This document shows, one piece after another, positions 51,233 to 64,000 of a DNA stretch of 64,000 nucleotides. Numbering within the stretch: position 1 is the stretch's first letter; each line of letters starts with the position of its first letter. Source of the stretch: Paraspadella gotoi (taxonomy: Eukaryota > Animalia > Chaetognatha). Location: contig CM119263.1 in the NCBI GenBank assembly GCA_051294375.1, forward strand, positions 8,746,908 to 8,810,907, in the 5' to 3' direction. The translations under genes were made by a program, and so were the position numbers. The notes under the pieces were generated by a model. The model saw only the letters and a list, made by a program, of their open reading frames with translations. It had not been told where the DNA came from and did not search any database.

Positions 51233-51370
51233 CCACCTTAGAAAAATACACCAATTACTCGTGATTGGATGGATGTATTGGAATGAAATTTTGTGTGTGG
51301 GTAGTAAAGCGTAGCAAAAATCAAGTTGAATCAAAATTCAAATAGTAGATCATGAACAAGCTTGTACCAG
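51057..51370 (+). mobile_element. Possible Helentron/DINE-1-like non-autonomous element fragment
   Basis: T-run start, GTCG/GTCC and (GTCT)n tetranucleotide tracts (51100-51113, 51195-51232) followed by ..gaatgaaattttgtgtgtgggta.., the layout typical of DINE-1/HINE-like elements. Ends not defined. Confidence 0.4.
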
Positions 51371-52514
51371 TGAACATTTTTAAATAAAAAAAAAATATTT
51401 TTTAATTTTTTAATTTTATCATACGCCCATATTTATACATAGTACTCACCATAGAAAATAGAAAATATCCATTTTCGTCTTGCCAATAATCTTTTCGCAC
51501 AAAAAAGCAGTGTTAAAAATTGCTTATTCAGCCAGCTAGAATTATTTGAATAAAGGCTGGAGTATCATTCTCCCAGGCACCAAAAGGTTTATGGACTTAA
51601 TAGTGGGCAAAAAAAAAAAAAAAACACCAATAAATATATAACAGTATCTTAAAAACTTTTTAAAGGTTTTCTTAAGGTTTGTCTATTTCCGCCGGTTTTC
51701 TCCGTTCTGTATTTCTCCAGGTCTTTCCAGATCTGTAAAGGGTCCTTCCCGATCTGTAAAGGGTCCTTCCCGATCCAACTCGGGTTCTCCCGGTTTTTCT
51801 GTCGGTTCGTAAAAAAAAAAGAATAACTAGAGTTTCCTTATCAAGTTATCAGTAAGAAGGATGTCGATGCTCTAGTCATCGTGGTCGTTGTGGTCGTCGT
51901 CGTCGTCGTCGTCGTCTTCCTCCGTTTCCGGTCGCCGTCTCGTTTGCTAAAAAACAAAACGTCGACGAAAGGCTGACGTTTTTTGTCCCAAGATTTGCTA
52001 CACTGACACACGGTTTTTTTTCCCCTTCAGCTTTCCAGTTTCTGCCGGACTGAAATATGGAGGCGTGGCCGAGGATAAAGTCTTCTTGTTCTCTCTTTTT
52101 TTCTTTTCATATTCTTTCCTTCGCCCGAAGATTTTTTTTTCTTTTCCGTTATTGCGCCTTTTTTTTCCTCGACCCCAACTTTTTTTTTATTTCTATTTCC
52201 TTTTTTTTCCCTCCACTTTTAATTTAGAAATCATTACGTCGGCACCGAAAAGAAATTAGAAAGTCAGGGTCTGATCATTTGCTTTGGTGACTTTGAACCG
52301 AGAATATTCCTCGCGAACTTCATTTTATACCCGGTAAAATGTTTTATCGGCAGTTTTAACAAAAAAAGCAAACAAACAAACAAATACAAAGGAACGAGAA
52401 AAAAAGAAAATAACATCGCATGCTAGTCTGGCGCCGTCTCCACGGCATGGAATTGAGATGGGGAAGGCGTCCGCTGAGGTTCCATTTTCGGACGCATCGG
52501 GAGTAGAATGAAAG

Positions 52515-52659
<145 letters not shown>

Positions 52660-53323
52660 AGAGAGGAGAGAAAGTAAGAGACTCGACAAGCAAAGCGGCG
52701 ATCACAAACGGTGTTTTTTTTACGTTCATTTGAAAGGTCGACTCGTTTGTTCGAATGTTCATGAAATCGTTTGTTCTTGCATTTGTTTTGTTTGTTCTTT
52801 CATTCATTCTTTATTATTATATTATATATTATTTCCCCCTCTTTTCGTTCTTTCGTCGTTATGCTTTCCAACTGCTGCATCGGGTATTGATTAATTGTTT
52901 TCCCGCAGAGAAAAAGAAAAAAAAAAGAAAAAAAATCTAGGTTTTTGAAAGATTTTAATCCCATTAATCTTTGGATAACGAATGGGCAGAGAAACGAGGG
53001 TCGAGGTTGGGGTTAAATTCGAGTCGTTAACAAATCGTTCTCCCTTCCGCTTTATCGATTCGAGGGAAAGATTCATAAATATTTTTTTTTAAAAAGTAGA
53101 TAATTCATCGTTGTTTATTTTATGAACATACACGTTGTTTACAGTATCTTAAGACTTAAGCTTTGATTTTATACGTTAAATATGGTTAAAACTTGAAAGA
53201 AACTCGCCTAATAGTTGGGAACTCGAATGTCCGCCGAAAGATTTTCTTAATATAATTTTTGCATTGGCCCAACGTCTAAATTCGGGACAAATTTTTCTGA
53301 ATGAAAATGGGGTAAATTCGATA

Positions 53324-53363
<40 letters not shown>

Positions 53364-53743
53364 ACCTCTCTCTCTCCCTCGTCCTCTCTCTCTCTCTCTC
53401 TTCTCTACTCTTCTGTGGTTTAAACAAGTCCGATAAATCAAGTTACCAATTTTACCCTGACCTCCTTTTTTCATTGTAAAGAACGAGAACGCGATTAAAG
53501 AATATGAATTCAAAGATCGGGTAAACGTCTGGGATGGATTAAGTGAAGGGGAAGTGAGTGAGATGGTGAAACCCGCGCTCGATCTCAGCCGATAAAAACC
53601 GTTTGAAAAGGTGGAGCCAAGAAAGTAAGAAATCTTCACTGTCCGATCACAAAGACGCGAGAAGAAAAATCCCCGGAGAAAAATGAGTTCAATTTTGCGG
53701 AAAAGAAAAATATAAAAAAGGAAATTAGTTGAAAAAAGAAGGG

Positions 53744-53791
<48 letters not shown>

Positions 53792-53800
53792 GAAGAGAGA

Positions 53801-54052
53801 GAGTATAAATTAAGGACTAAAATTATTTTGTCTATTTTTAAAACCAAGAAAATAATTCTATTTCGATCAAAAAATTGTATTATTCATTTTTTTTTTTTTC
53901 AGTCATTTTTTCGCGAATGATTTTTGTTCTGTCCGACATTTTGCCGAAAATTCTATGAAAAATATTGCTGGCTTTTATCGAATTATGGATGGAGAGAGNN
54001 NNNNNNNNNNNNNNNNNNNNNNNGAGAGGAGAAGCAGCGAGAGAGAGTAGAG

Positions 54053-54112
<60 letters not shown>

Positions 54113-54303
54113 TATAAATTAAGGACTAATTATTTTTGTCTATTTTTAAACCAAGAAAATAATTGCTATTTCGATCAAAAAATTGTATTATTCAATTTTT
54201 TTTTTCAGTCATTTTTTCGCGAATGATTTTTGTTCTGTCCGACATTTTGCCGAAAATTCTATGAAATATTGCTGGCTTTTTATCGATTGAATGGATGGAG
54301 AGA
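53801..54303. repeat. ~200-bp direct duplication either side of a 25-N gap
   Basis: 53801-53998 is repeated at ~54109-54303 with small indels. Confidence 0.9.
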
Positions 54304-54319
54304 GAGGAGAGAGAGAGAG

Positions 54320-54355
<36 letters not shown>

Positions 54356-55233
54356 AGAGTGATAAGCAAAAATAGAGAGATTGATTGAAAAAGAGCTCGG
54401 AATAATCGTACTGGCGCCAAAAAAATAAAATTAAAAAAAATTTCAAATAATAAATTTTCTGCAAATCACCCATTTGGCCAATGATTAATTCTCATTGGTC
54501 CTCAATCTGTTCAATTTATACTAATAGAAAACAATTATGATCAGAGGAACGTAAATTTGATTTAAAATATCCGCCGTTTCATAGAGATAGAGAATTGGTG
54601 GTACTTTTAGGTTCTTAAAAGAGCGACTCGAATTTACTGAAAGGAGGAACTGGAAAAAGATAATATTGGGAGAAAGGACTGAATATCAACGAATTTCGAA
54701 ACGCAGAGAAAAGAAAAAAAAAGGAGAAAAGAAAAATAAGGGGAAAATAAGAATAATGAAAGTAAAGGATTACGAAAAGAAAGAAAATAGTTAAACTAAT
54801 ATGAATACGAAAGGATAAAAAAAAATTGAGAAGAACGAATGATGATAAAAATGACGGTTATTAGATGATAAAATAAAGTATTTTTATAGCTATCATTCCT
54901 GTGTCAGTGATGGTTATTAGACATGCTCCTCGCAGATGGCAATGACAAATTTAAGCATCAAATCGATCGATATTTAGTTACATCAATATTAATTATCTTC
55001 ATAAACCGGGAACCTAATGCCTCTTTACCAAGATGTATAGCTGCATCTCCATAAAGAATAAAGACGCTCGATCAAAAAAGTATTCTAGTTGTTTGAACCT
55101 TGTCAAAATCCAGTTTTATTTTTTGAAGTCAAATTTTCGTCCTTCAACTTTTTCCAAGTTGTCATTCTTCAGTTTAACTTTTTTGCTTTGAATTTAGCTT
55201 TTATTTCGGCTGACATGTTTCATGTTTCTTTCC

Positions 55234-55352
<119 letters not shown>

Positions 55353-55773
55353 CACTTTTTATTTTCCTCTTTTTTCACCCGTTTTCACAGTTTTTCTCTT
55401 TACGAATTTTCTCTTGTTTACTCATCGCCTTCATTTGTCCCGACTTTCGTCCCTTCAAATGTTTTTATTCCACCTTTTTTGCTTTTTTTTTGCTTTTTTT
55501 GTTTCTGTTTTCTCGCCTTTTTTTTCATTCCCATTATATGTGTAGGCGGTAGGGTGACGCTCCTTTTTTTTTATTTTTCTCTCACTTTGTTGAGGTTTGT
55601 TTTTAGTTTCCTTTCGCTTCATTAAGTTTATCGAGGTTGATTTTTTTTTCAGGTTTGTTTTTCTTTTCCTTTGTACCTCCTTTTTATTATATAGTTTATG
55701 ATATTTACGTTCGTATTTTTTACGTTTGTTTTCTTTTACGTATTATGAAAAAAAAGGAATTGAAATCTGAGAG

Positions 55774-55874
<101 letters not shown>

Positions 55875-56070
55875 GGATTGTAACACGATGAGGAGGAGAG
55901 GAGGAGACGTCGAGAAGAAAAAGAGGAGGAGATTGAGGAGGAAGAGGAAGAGGAGGAGCAAAGAAGGATTAGGTGTCTCGTCTTGAGGTCGAGTTAGATG
56001 ACGTGGAAGAGGAAAGAAGAAGAAAGAGAGGAAGAATAAATCTGTGGGGAACGAGAGGGAGAGGAGTTAA

Positions 56071-56951
56071 GGGGACCCAGTGATAAAAATAGATTATCAT
56101 AAGCTTAAGGTCTATCATCAAAGGAATTTGAATGGTGATCGTCATTAATTTTTCTTTGCACAGGAAAGTGGCAAAAAAATTCCTATCTCTTATTATAGCA
56201 GAAACAAAAATTTAATAATTATGAAAAAAAAATTTAGTTGACCCTACCTAAATATTTATAATAACCCATTATTTTATTTTTGCATTAGAAAGTATTTTTT
56301 ACTAAATTCCAATTTTTTATTTTTTACTGTAAAAAGCTATAATTTTAGGTTTAAGCCTCATTGAACAAAGGCTTTACAAGACTAATATTTTTTTATTTTT
56401 ATATTTACTTAAAAGCAGACAAATCAAACCTAAATTCTATTCTTACAGAAACAAAACTGTAATAATTATTAATTAATATTCATATTCATCTCTTAAATGT
56501 ATAATTAAACTATATTGATTCCTAATTATAACAATTAAAAATTTAGCAAAAGTACAGAATCTTTCTCTTCTTTTTATATTTATATTACTTCAAAGAGTTT
56601 TATTTTCATCCAATTAACAGAATCATTTGAAAAGAAAGTTTAAATAAAATCAGTCGATACCTTAAATTTTGATTCATTCCTAGTTTTTTTTCTTATAAAT
56701 TTTTGTGATAAAAGCTGAAAATCTTTTTAAAATTAGATCTTACCCTTCTTTGGAAAAAAAATTTTAAACTTGAAAAAGATTTTCTTCTTACCGATTTTTT
56801 AAAGAAAATTAAGCTCGCTGATTTTATCGAATTTTTTAACTACTTTCCCAAATGATTATAGATGAAAAAATTATATGATCAGAACCAGCTTAAGTTAAAG
56901 GGTCAAACGTTATGTTTTCAGCTTTTTACCCCCCCTGTTCACTTGGTCCCC
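56071..56951. mobile_element. Non-autonomous DNA transposon (MITE), TTAA target-site duplication, Kolobok-like GG...CC termini
   Basis: TTAA|GGGGACCCAGTGA ... TCACTTGGTCCCC|TTAA (13-bp TIR, 1 mismatch). AT-rich interior with no long ORF. Removing it restores ggagttaaggagccagg, the unit of the adjacent minisatellite. Confidence 0.8.
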
Positions 56952-57310
56952 TTAAGGAGCCAGGAGGAATAAAGGAGTTGAGGAGTCAGGGGGAATGAAG
57001 GAAAGGAGTTAAGGAGCCAGGAGGAATAAAGGAAAGGAGTTGAGAAGACGGGCGAATGAAGAAAAGGAGGTAAGGAGCTAGGGCGAATGAAGGAAAAGAG
57101 TTAAGGAGCTAGGGCGAATGAAGGAAAAGAGTTAAGGAGCAAGGGCAAACGAAGGAAAGGAGGTAAGGAGCAAAGGCAAATGAAGGAAAGGAGGTAAGGA
57201 GCAAGGGCAAATGAAGGAAAGGAGGTAAGGAGCAAGGGCGAAAGAAGGAAAAGAGATAAGGAGCAAGTGCAAATGAAGTAAAGGAGGTAAAGAGCCTGGG
57301 CGGATAAAGT
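56952..57310. repeat. ~31-bp minisatellite, ~11 diverged copies (TAAGGAGCWAGGGCRAATGAAGGAAARGAG-type unit)
   Basis: Tandem units visible directly. Confidence 0.85.
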
Positions 57311-57678
57311 AAAGAAGTGGAAAGGTTTAGGGAAGATTAAAAGAAAGAAGTAGAGTTGAAAAGAGGAAACGAGTAAAGGTTAAAGAAAATAAAATGTTGA
57401 AAATAGTAAGGGAAGAAAAGTAAAGATGAAGCGATGATCTCAGCATGTTGGGAAATAGGAAATCAATAAGGTTTAAGAAAATGAATTTATCCTGAGAAAA
57501 GAATGAGAAAATGATTAAACACGTTTGAAAGAAAGATTGATGTGAATGAAAAAGAAGGAAAAAGAAAGAAATGAAGAAGTAAAGGAAGAGAAACCAAATC
57601 TGTTTTCTTCTTAAAATCTGTTCTCAAAGACTGAACGGTTCCACTGAATCAAGAGCGGTTGAATAATTCCATTTGAAC

Positions 57679-57749
<71 letters not shown>

Positions 57750-57870
57750 AGTACTCGCGGAGCAACTCAATAAGTCGCTTTTCGGTCGGTCTGTCGGTCG
57801 GTCAGTATGTCTGTCAGTCGCTCTGACCCACTTACGTTAAAAATTCTCATAACTCGCTTATAGTTGCTTG
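57750..57870 (+). mobile_element. Second possible DINE-1/HINE-like 5' fragment
   Basis: cgcggagcaactcaataag.. followed by (GTCG/GTCT)n and ..ctcataactc.., a similar architecture to 51057-51370. Confidence 0.3.
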
Positions 57871-59317
57871 CTCATTTGTTAAGACAGGAAAAAACCTCAA
57901 ATTTAAGTGCCTTCAGAAAATCCTAAAACTATAAAAAATAAAAGACGTTGCAATGCGTGTTATAAATACAAATACAATATAAAGACGTTTGTTATACATA
58001 AATTTCCTTATCATATGATTTCAGTAAAATACACCTTAAAAGAATGTCACTCCGGCGCAACACATTGGATGGACCGATCTTCTTCTTTCTCTCACTCGCT
58101 CCCTTCCGCAATCGTCGGAACAAATTTGTTTGGTTGTCAAAAAAATACTTTGCATTCAAGAACGATCATACGAGGAGTTCATTGGTACAGTTTCTTTGAA
58201 ATTTTCTTTTACTGAAAAAAATTATCAAAAGCTTTTATTTGGGGGAAAAAAAAGTTTCTACAAGAAGGTTTAGAGATGAAATAATGAAATGATTAATGAA
58301 ATAATGAAATGATTGAAGAAATAATACAATGTCTACTATAAATTGCAGTATGAAATATAAAAATATTAAAAACGACCCCTCGTCCCCACATCTCAAATTT
58401 TCATTCACTGAAGTCGACGCGAGCGATAGGCCGACGTGCGTGAGCCAAGAGAAAGCTTTGGCCTCGTTCCCCCCTGCCCCACAAAAAGGAGAGAAAATAC
58501 GACTAACGGCGAATAGCGTGCGGTAGCACGACCATGAGAAATGTTCATGACCCTTGGCGCATGTTGCAGAAGAACTTTAGTCAACTTAAGACTTCGTTCA
58601 CTTTCCGAATTTATTTTAGATCTACTATATGAGAAACTTCAAAACTTCTCATACTAAAACCAACTCTCACACTTGTTTTCATTTTCTATCCAACTTACTT
58701 CACTACAGTACATTAAAGTGTCCAACTTGCAGCGTAATGTTTGTGTCACAACTTAGAAAAGTTATCACAACTCGCGAGTTCCGTATCACAGCTTCAAAGC
58801 GAAACCGCCCGTGATAAATCCTTTCACCGCGAAAACGATTCTTCCGCACCGAAAGATTTTCGAGGACAAAAAAACTTTTTTTTGTGATTTCACAAAAAAA
58901 AGAGAAAAAACGTCAGGGTCTTTCCGATTGCGACTCTCCTTCACGTATATAGCATTTCTAAGAAATCGGAGAAACAGAAAAATGTTCGCTTTAAATCATT
59001 TCAGGAATTTCACGGCCTTCGATTTCTCACGTGCGTTTTTAAAGCGTAGTCACAGATATTTCTAATCATGGGATTGCATAAGGCTGTCAGTGATTCTATA
59101 AATGCAATCGCACCATGGAACGAATTCTGGGAGTCATGGCACGATTTCATTTGTGAAAGCAACTTTTTTTCCCTCTTTTTTCCTGGCTTTTATTCTTTTT
59201 TTCGATTTTTTTTCTTTCTTTCTTTTTTCTTTCTGTCTTTCTTTCTTTCTTTCTCTCTTTCTTTTTTCTTTCTTTCTTTTGTCCTTTTTTTCTTTGTTTC
59301 TTTCTTTCTTTTTCCGA

Positions 59318-59408
<91 letters not shown>

Positions 59409-61384
59409 TTTTTCTTTTTCTCTCGATTTGACATTATTGAAAATTTGGGGAGTTTTTGAGGCAAAAAAAAAAGGTAATAAAATAAAAGTAAAAACATAAA
59501 AATCTCCAAAAAGAATAAACTTCTGCTTTCGCTTCAACGCATTTGCTTTACGATTTCGAACAAAACGCAGAGAATTGAACTTATTTCCGCAAGCAAGCAA
59601 CCCAACTTCGCCTACCAAGCATAACTTCAACCTAATAAAACTCCAAGGCCAAAAAACCTTTACACCATTTTAACCAAAGTAAAATTTTCACCTTGTAGAT
59701 AAAAATATTTGGCAAATAAATATTTTTCTCAAATACACATAAAAATAACGATGAAACTAATTATAGTATCAATATTTATGTTTGGCCGTTATAACTTGTC
59801 TTACACCAATTGATACCCCAATCGTTACCCCGCCACCTTTCGGCAGCTGCGCTACATTTTCACCGCAGTATAGACGCAGCTCTGCAGCGCCGCAATTTCG
59901 GCCTCAGTCTCACCGAAGCGACGATTCCGTCGTTCCGGTTGTAAACTTTCACATCTTTTTCGTGACTCTTTCGTCATGGTATTGCCTCACGCAGGATCAC
60001 GCTTTGTCACGCTCTGTCTCGCTCAGTCACGCTCAGTCACGCTAAGACACGCGTCGTCAACCTTTGTGTTTTTCGTCCCGTTCATGCGTTAACCTCTTGT
60101 CACATTCGGGATGGGATCAGGATTTTTTTAGACGGTAAGAAAAAAACGATTCAAAAAACGTTATTATATTTTTTAAAACTATATTAAATTTAAAAGCGTC
60201 GGAAAGATCGCTCATTTTGCATAATGATTAAATAGCATTTAATGAAAAAACCTCAGGGCCTCCACACTTAATCGTAATGCATCGAAAGAGTTTTTCGCTG
60301 ATCCATCTATACTTTTATCTCTTTTCACGCTTGAAGCTTTATCGGAAATCTCAACAACGTCAACAACAACAATCCAAACAGCGACAGAAGTTGAGTTTTT
60401 TTTCGATCGGTTTCGATTCGCTCGTGATTTAGTTAGTTTTATCGAGTTTTATTTGAGCAGCGGCTTAAGTCCGGGTTCACTGACCCAGCCTTGATAGACA
60501 CTGTCGGTTTGAACCTACGTAACATTTGTCGGTAATAATTGTAACACGAAATATTCAAATACATAGTTATCAAGTAAAAGAATCGTCTACTATCAAAATT
60601 GACAAAACGTTGAATCAAAGAGTGATATAGAGATAGAGACGAGTCTCAGAGGTGAAGATCAAACTGACGTTTCTTTTAAGAGCTCCGTGCTCCCGCGCAC
60701 CCGTGCACGCTGACCTCTCGCCCTAGCCACCACCCCTACTACACTCCGCCCAGATTTTTGACGCCGAAAATATTCCACGATTCTGTGGGTGACTTTTATT
60801 GAAGGAAAGAAAGTATCAATCTTAAGTTAAAGGTCTGCGGGAGAGCAAAATGGTGCAGAAGGAACGAGACGTGTCTTTTCTTTCTTTTTTTTCTCCTTGA
60901 TTCTTTTTTATTGTAATTTTTTTTTTCGTTTCAATCTTATCCTATCCATTTTTTTTTCCTTTATCTTTTCTTCGATTCCCTTTGTTACCTTTTGTATTCT
61001 TTTCTTTCTCATTTCTAATTTCTTCTCTTATCTTTTACCATTCTTTATCTTCCACTCTCTTCGCTTTGTCCAACTCGCGCACGCAGGCCGACCATTATCT
61101 AACTATCGAACCTGGTCGCACGCAATTTAAAATCTCCCCCCCGCCCTTTATTCAGTCAGTTTTATTGTTAACATTCCCCATTTGTCCCGATTCTCTTTTG
61201 TGCGCAACTTTCGCGCGCAACTGTGGTTTTGATCGCACTTCTCTCGCGGCTTCCACTAGACGATGATGGTCCTTTCAAACGCGTGGGAACAAAAGGCAGA
61301 AGCCACGCCTCAAAACCGAGTCGTTTCTGGTTGAAAAGTGGTGAGAGAGAAAGAATGAAAAAAGAGAGAAAGAAAGAAAGAAAA

Positions 61385-61448
<64 letters not shown>

Positions 61449-61594
61449 AGGAAAAAAGAAAGAAAGAGAAATTGAAACTGAGAAAGTATAAGAGAATGAA
61501 AGAAATACTACAACAAAAGTAATGAAAAAAAATTTAAAAAAAGAAAGAAAAAAAAAGAAAAACGAAAAAATAAAATTAAGAAAGAAAGAAAGAG

Positions 61595-61661
<67 letters not shown>

Positions 61662-62170
61662 AAACAAGAAAGAACCAAAGCGTCAAAAAAGATATCACCG
61701 AAGCAAAGAAAAAAAAAACCAAAAATAATAAAAAAAAAGAAAGAAATCCACAGTCATGGAAAAAAAAGTGGGGAAATAAAAAGGCTCACTTCTCGAAATC
61801 CAATAGTCGATGATGTTCCTCTCCAACAAAAAGAAAATCTTGATCTTTTCACCCGAAGAAAGAGAAAAACAATTCGTGATGAATCTCTCTTCACAGTTCA
61901 CGCAAAATAGAAAAGAAAAAGAGAAACGCAAAATGAGGAAAGTATCGAATTAAATTCTTAACTATGCGTGCGTCTTCTCCCTCGCTCATCCTTTTTTTCT
62001 TTTCTCTCCTTCCGTTTTCTCTTTTTTTTTCTTTTCTATTTCTCCTCTTTCTTTCTCCTCTCTCTTCTATATTCAATTTTAAGCCAGTGAGGGTCTCGCC
62101 GAGGATTTAGAGGTCATCAAACTTGCAAAATGTTTTTTCTTCCTCTGAAAGAGAGTGGAAGAAAGCTGGG

Positions 62171-62281
<111 letters not shown>

Positions 62282-64000
62282 ATATGGATTCACTTAGCTC
62301 AGATACGCTTGGCGACATTTCGTTTTTGACGCCTCCACATGAGTAACGGAGCCAAAAATAATAACGTCTGGTCTTATCGACAAGCTTCTCTGTAAGCATT
62401 AAGCAAGCTTAATGACTTTTTTTGTAACCTCGCTATTTTCATTCAATAATAAAATTTTTAATCCCAAAACTTGAAAATCGAGTCAATGACCTGGGTAACA
62501 GGAAAATTATTTTCTTAAATATATTTATAATTTTGATTCATATTTTTATTCGTATTCGTATTTTCTTTTTGCCCAAACAATCATCGTATAAATATTTTAT
62601 CGGCAACAACACCTGGAGCCAATGAAAAAAATCGACATTTTAACATTTAAACTGGAACATTGGCCTAACCAAACAGCGACGTCGCGATGAGTGCAAAGTC
62701 TACATCTCGAGGACAACGACGACGACGACATGGACGACGCCAAGATTCGTTCCTGACAGATGTGTTTAGATTAAAGCGTATTAATTACACAACGCAATGT
62801 TGACGTTCGGCAGAAATTGACAATTTATTCGGAAAAAAAAATCAACACAGTATATAAGTTAATTTAAAACCTTAAAGTATGTTTTGGTTTTAGTTTCATT
62901 CTTAACAACGCCAAACCTGAAAGCTGATTCTACGTCGAAGACTAATAAAAGGAAACGGATTAAAACAATTTTTAAATGAAGTTAAAATATAAAGAACGAC
63001 TCCCGCCCAAGTTGATGGTAAATGAGCTCAACAGCCTCGCCGCAGGTGCAGCCCACGTATTTTTTTGTTTTCACGACAGATGCCGACGGGAAGATGGATG
63101 CCATTTCGGCGCCGTTAGCAGATGCAGGGATGTTTGGATTGATGGACGAAGATTAAGATTCCCTCGAAATCAACTATTACGTTATTCATATTGTACAAAA
63201 CCGAAATATTTGATTTAAATTAGGTTAAGTATAGATTACGGTAATAAAAAACTTCAGAATGGCAGAGCTGATAATGAGAAATAGATAGGCGAAAAAAAAG
63301 GGTTTGAGAGGTGAAAAAGCAAAGAAAAGAGAGAAAAGAGAGAAGGCGCAAAAAGGAAATTTTTCTATAATGGAACAAGAGGCAAAGCGCTGAGCTATTA
63401 AATAGAAGTTAAGTGAGAAATAGAGATGTGATAGAAATAAAAAAAAACTTGATGAATAAAAGAGAGACCAAGGCAAAAAAACAAACAAAAAAAAAACCGA
63501 GTGTGTGTTTTTGCGATTTATTAATCGATCTTAGCTTCGCGGCGAAAGAAGAATAATAATGGATAATAAAATAGAAATAATTACGTTGGGACGTTGAAGA
63601 GGAAAAAAAAGCCCGAGGAAACTAACGAGGGAGAAATGAGAAAATGAGGATTTGAGGAAATGAGTCAACCATTTGGGAAGGTAGGAAGGAATTAATGTTG
63701 GAAAGAAGGTTGGGGGATAAAAAAAAAGGTCTGAACGAAGGCGGCCGAAAAAGATTATTTTTCGTTACCGTCAATCCACTACATCATCCTATTCCTCACA
63801 AACAATCATATTGTTTTTTCAAAGAATCTTTCAATATTATCCGATTTGGTCTACCGACCGCCATTACCGTGAAGCAATCATATCCAAATAAATCTTTTTA
63901 GGCGCATCTGCAATCTGCATCATGCAGATTCCGACTCTACGATAAGAAAATATTGAAAAGAAGTTTGAAAAAAAGATTTTAAAAAATTAAGAAATTAAAC

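Noticed and set aside
53801-54303. Direct duplications (also 38528-38820) as LTRs or real tandem duplicates
   Set aside because: Both abut 25-N gaps and differ by read-type indels, so most likely overlapping contig ends. No TG..CA ends or internal retroelement sequence.

Overview
Eukaryotic (invertebrate animal) genomic DNA: AT-rich, dense in microsatellites, with GT-AG introns, 12 N-gaps and many indel errors. Most ORFs in the track are low-complexity noise. Manual splicing gives four genes. (1-2) Two tandem XK-related (Xkr scramblase family) membrane-protein paralogues on + (1-3.8 kb). (3) An orphan minus-strand gene with a clean N-terminal TPR motif, a long acidic/basic disordered region and possible C-terminal EF-hand-like loops (4.0-6.6 kb). 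(4) A ~39-kb minus-strand multi-CUB gene matching SOL-1 (suppressor of lurcher 1, a glutamate-receptor auxiliary protein), from a signal-peptide exon at 47.9 kb to a hydrophobic last exon at 9.1-9.5 kb. Most interesting: candidate frame-preserving cassette exons (432, 30 and 3 nt) inside the last SOL-1 CUB domain; paralogue-specific introns with direct-repeat or hairpin signatures in the XK pair; a class of ~27-36-nt introns; and an 881-bp TTAA-flanked, GG..CC-ended (Kolobok-type) non-autonomous transposon inserted into a minisatellite. A 1.6-kb-arm inverted duplication at 40.6-43.9 kb is probably a long-read gap-fill artefact. Family assignments come from motif recognition by eye; no database search was run.
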